In this document: positions 60,462 through 64,000 of the stretch, piece by piece
Numbering within the stretch: position 1 is the stretch's first letter
Layout: each line of letters begins with the position of its first letter
Notes under the pieces: model-generated
Database searches by the model: none
Seen by the model: the letters and a program-made list of their open reading frames with translations, nothing else
What the model was told of the DNA's origin: nothing
NCBI GenBank assembly: GCA_965235115.1
Contig: OZ249452.1
Span: 6,882,001-6,946,000, forward strand
Length of the DNA stretch: 64,000 nt
Source of the DNA: Laetmonice hystrix
Lineage: Eukaryota
Direction: 5' to 3'
Program-made: the position numbers and the translations under genes

Positions 60462-62260
60462 GGCCCGGTCCCACTGGCCGATGGACACAAAGGAACGTTG
60501 GAGCCGCAGGCTCGACGAGTTTTATGCAGGAGAACTCGGTAATTCTCATCTAAGCCGCAAGTGGGCGCTACTTCTCCGGATAACTCAAATTTCCCCTGCC
60601 TCCGCCAGGGGAACACGTGACGTCATATACAGTTGAGGTCAAGGTCATCTTCCACATGCGTCTCATCGTCGCCATTACGTCTTCAGTCGGACATCCACGA
60701 ATTTTTCAATCCCGCCGCCTCCCCATCTTCCTCCTACCGTATTCCGGTTCTTCGTGGCACTGTCGCCACCTACTACCCCTTTTTGACAGACACATAATTC
60801 AGAATCTATACCACTTACAACAACTTTGTTCATTATTACACCCAGTCTCCTCAAACTTATAACAACCCTTCCAGGCAGTGCAGTGTGGGCTCACTGTCCA
60901 GGAGAAACTATCGTCACAATATTATCCTTAGATAACTTATATCTTCTTCTGTTTGAATCATATTCAATTTTTACATTCTTCTTAACCCGGATGGTGCAGT
61001 GAGGGCTCACCCTGGGTGGTGACACATTTCAATCTTATCTTGTATATCACTGTCAGTCAGTGCAGCGTGGGCTCACTTTCTGAATATTTACATCCTTTTG
61101 TTTTAATATTGAATAAATATGTGTCACCCATTCAACAACAATAAGGTGTCCGAGTTCTGCCTGCATAAAACGTATGCATAAAGGATACAGCAGACGAGCA
61201 AAATTTCGGGGGTGGCTCCATCCGTTTTTATCCGCTCCAGAAATGGACAAGCTGCAGTGGATGTGAGTTGCGAGGATGCCCAGAGGATGCAGAGAGGATA
61301 CAGCGGACATTTAACGGATGATAACGGACATAGAACGTTTGTTGCTCGTATATGTCGCGGATTTACATCGTACACGGCATAAAGTTCATCCGTTCTAGGC
61401 CCGGTCCCACTGCACTTACGGATGCAAAGAGTATGTAAAACGTAAAAAGATCTTGCCATCCGTTGGAAAACGCTATGCATCCGTTGTGTACCCATTGCAT
61501 ACGTGTTTCATACGCTCTATCCATCGAGCATCCGTCCACTGTGATTTCATCCGCGCAAAAAGTTTTGAGCTGCACAAAACTTTTAGAACGGATGAACTTT
61601 CCGCCGTGTACGATGTAAATCCGCGACATTTACGAGCAACAAACGTTCTATGTCCGTTATCATCCGTTAAATGTCCGCTGTATCCTCTCTGCATCCTCTG
61701 GGCATCCTCGCAACTCACATCCACTGCAGCTGAAAACGGAAAAGGGAGGAAAGATAAGGTACATGGAACGTCTATACATCGTTAGTAGCACGGAAATAGA
61801 AAGGATGTAAGCGTATGCATATCGTATATAAAGTATTCAAAACTATCATCCACTTCCATCCGCTTTCATCCGCTAGGCTTCCGATGAACATCCGTTTAAC
61901 ATCCCCGCTACATACTACCCACGTCCGTTCTTTTCCATTCTGTTTTCGCAAATTTTCGCAAATTTTGTCCATTTCTGGAGCGGATGAAAACGGATGGAGC
62001 CCCGAAATTTTGCTCGTCCGCTGTGCCCTTTATGCATACGTTTTGTGTCCATCGGCCAGTGGGACCGGGCCTTAAAAGTTTTGTGCAGCTCAAAACTTTT
62101 TGCGCGGATGAAATCACAGTGGACGGATGCTCGATGGATAGAGCGTATGAAACACGTGTGCAATGGATAAACAACGGATGCATAGCGTTTTCCAACGGAT
62201 GGCAAGATTTTGTTACGTTTTACATACTCTTTGCATCCGTAAGTGCAGTGGGACCGGGCC
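60462..62260. mobile_element. Rearranged complex of PIF/Harbinger-type non-autonomous elements
   Basis: Four GGCCCGGTCCCACTG termini (starting at 60462 and 61398; ending at 62071 and 62260), flanked by TAA/CTA/TTA; long internal inverted repeats. Confidence 0.75.
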
Positions 62261-63276
62261 TTAAGCGGTATGGTGACAGCTGCTCCACTCGATTATCGCG
62301 GTCTCGAGAGAAACTTTCCCCTCGGAGAGGGTCAGAGTCTCTCAGACTACAGCACAGATCAACCAAGTGGGCGGCCGGGTGCGGGGGTCAAGTCCATGGC
62401 ACAGGCTTGACATGAATTATGTTGAAAAGTTGCTCGATTGTCGCGATTGCCGTAAACGGCGTCAGTTGTTGGCTGGAGACCTGCCCTCTGCTGCTGTCCT
62501 CTACCGCCGCACCAGAGATGGTGCGGCCAGACTGCCACCAGAGGGCGCAGGTCTCCAGGCAAGGTCAGTTGTCGTAGCCGATCAACAACAACAATGGCGG
62601 ACAGTTCGGGCGGTTGTAGTGAAACATGTGCCAAAATACCTCACAGCGCCAAGGAAACAAACATTAATACACATCAAAACAAACAGGGGAATACTGTAAA
62701 TATGCCTGGCGTACTTTCACGTTGATGCTTCGAAAGGGAAAAGCGGTAGAGTGATGACAACGCAGCCCCCCTACGGTATTAGTATATAGATTGCACTTTT
62801 AGTGACTGGGGCAAAATCCTATGCTACAGTGACTATGCGGTATACGCCAGAGGCGTAGCCGAGGATCACGGCATAACCCCATCACGGCATTGCACCTTCA
62901 TGCTCTAGTCACTAGCGTATTTAGGAGGGGCGGGGTTGCCCCCCCCTTAGGGTTGCAGATCATAGGTTATAATATACGGTCTTTAGCAAATGCCCCCCCC
63001 CCCCCCCCATTCAGGATTTTCAAAGTGTAGGCTTTATGGGCTGTATTTGGCCATTGGCCTGCTCCTTCAGGATCGACTAAATACGCCACTGGCTATGTAT
63101 AGTCACTAAATGTTTGACACGTTCAACTCGTGCATAGGTAGGTGAACCTCGGAACAACGATATAGCGAGGAAGTCTGTACCAGGTCTTTTCCTGTCTTCC
63201 TGTCTTTTCCTGTGACAAATGGTGATGTATTTAGCCATGTGCTCCAGTTTTTATTACACAATGCCACGCGACTATA

Positions 63277-63755
63277 CAGGGTGTTCCTCCAAAAGAATGT
63301 CCAGGCCAAACTAGGCAACCTCAGAATTTATGTTCCCTCGGATCCTGATGGGATTTTCTTACATGAAAAACAATCTTTATTTCATCAAAATCGGTCAAGC
63401 GAATCAAAAGTTCTGTCATTTATGAACACCCTAGTTCATGAACCAGATCTAATTATTTGACAAGAAGAACTGGCCGCCGTAAAAAGAGACAAAGGAAATT
63501 AATTGTAAATGATAATCATAATTGCAACCTAAGCAAAGGAAAAAAATTGAGAAAATAAAAGGAAAAAAGATAGAAAAGTCAAACAGCACTGCTAGTTGAA
63601 GGCTTGCAGCACCAAATATGACATAACGTTTGATTCGAGTAACTCGTTTTGATGAAGACTATTTTTCATCTAAGAATGTTCCCGTTCATGATCCAGGGAA
63701 ACATAGATTCTGAGTTTTCTTGGTTTATCCTGAACATTTTTTTCCGTACACCCTG
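63277..63755. mobile_element. Tc1/mariner-type non-autonomous element
   Basis: TA|CAGGGTGTTCCTCCAAAAGAATGTCCAGG ... CCTGAACATTTTTTTCCGTACACCCTG|TA. Confidence 0.75.
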
Positions 63756-64000
63756 TATTCCCGATTTCGCCACGTGCCTTGCTCAGTCACCAACCCATAC
63801 CGCCACGTGACTATACTTAGATATATATCATATCTACCAGCCTTCATGCTATGATATATTTGGATTTGATTTCGCTTCATACAGGCAGAGTTCTGCCGCT
63901 ATGGTTGAAATGGTCTGTGGTGATCATCCATTAGGAGAACCAACTTGACGGTGTTATCAATCATCGACTGCCCAGACATATACCGTTTTATCATCGCCGT

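Noticed and set aside
61053-62415. Multiple overlapping ORFs on both strands
   Set aside because: They mirror each other because of the inverted repeats; no transposase motifs seen
62367-62699. YVEKLLDCR resembling a chromodomain start
   Set aside because: Lacks the following YLVKW.G core in any frame

Overview
Eukaryotic (animal) genomic DNA, probably from a marine invertebrate and most likely a lophotrochozoan (inferred from domain content and repeat types). It is intron-rich, with microsatellites, MITEs and four N-gaps. The dominant feature is one minus-strand gene (CDS 29544->3254) that I reconstructed by hand into 46 coding exons. They total 11,562 nt, stay in frame and give about 3,853 aa. 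The protein is a type I membrane protein: signal peptide, 11 farnesoic-acid-O-methyltransferase-like (Methyltransf_FA/FAMeT) domains, one PAN/apple-like domain, 13 more FAMeT-like domains, a Ser/Thr/Pro mucin stalk, a TM helix and a short tail with an ITIM-consensus motif (LVYENV). Upstream on the same strand are a 114-aa single-pass protein, a candidate 67-aa single-pass ORF, and a trefoil-domain/stalk/TM protein whose tail also ends in an ITIM-like motif (VQYETVF). Together these form a co-oriented cluster of cell-surface protein genes. The right third is mostly non-coding: a 2.6-kb 32/28-bp satellite, Harbinger-, Kolobok-, Tc1- and hAT-type MITEs, a LINE remnant and a Helitron 3' end. Domain names come from motif recognition by eye; no database search was run.
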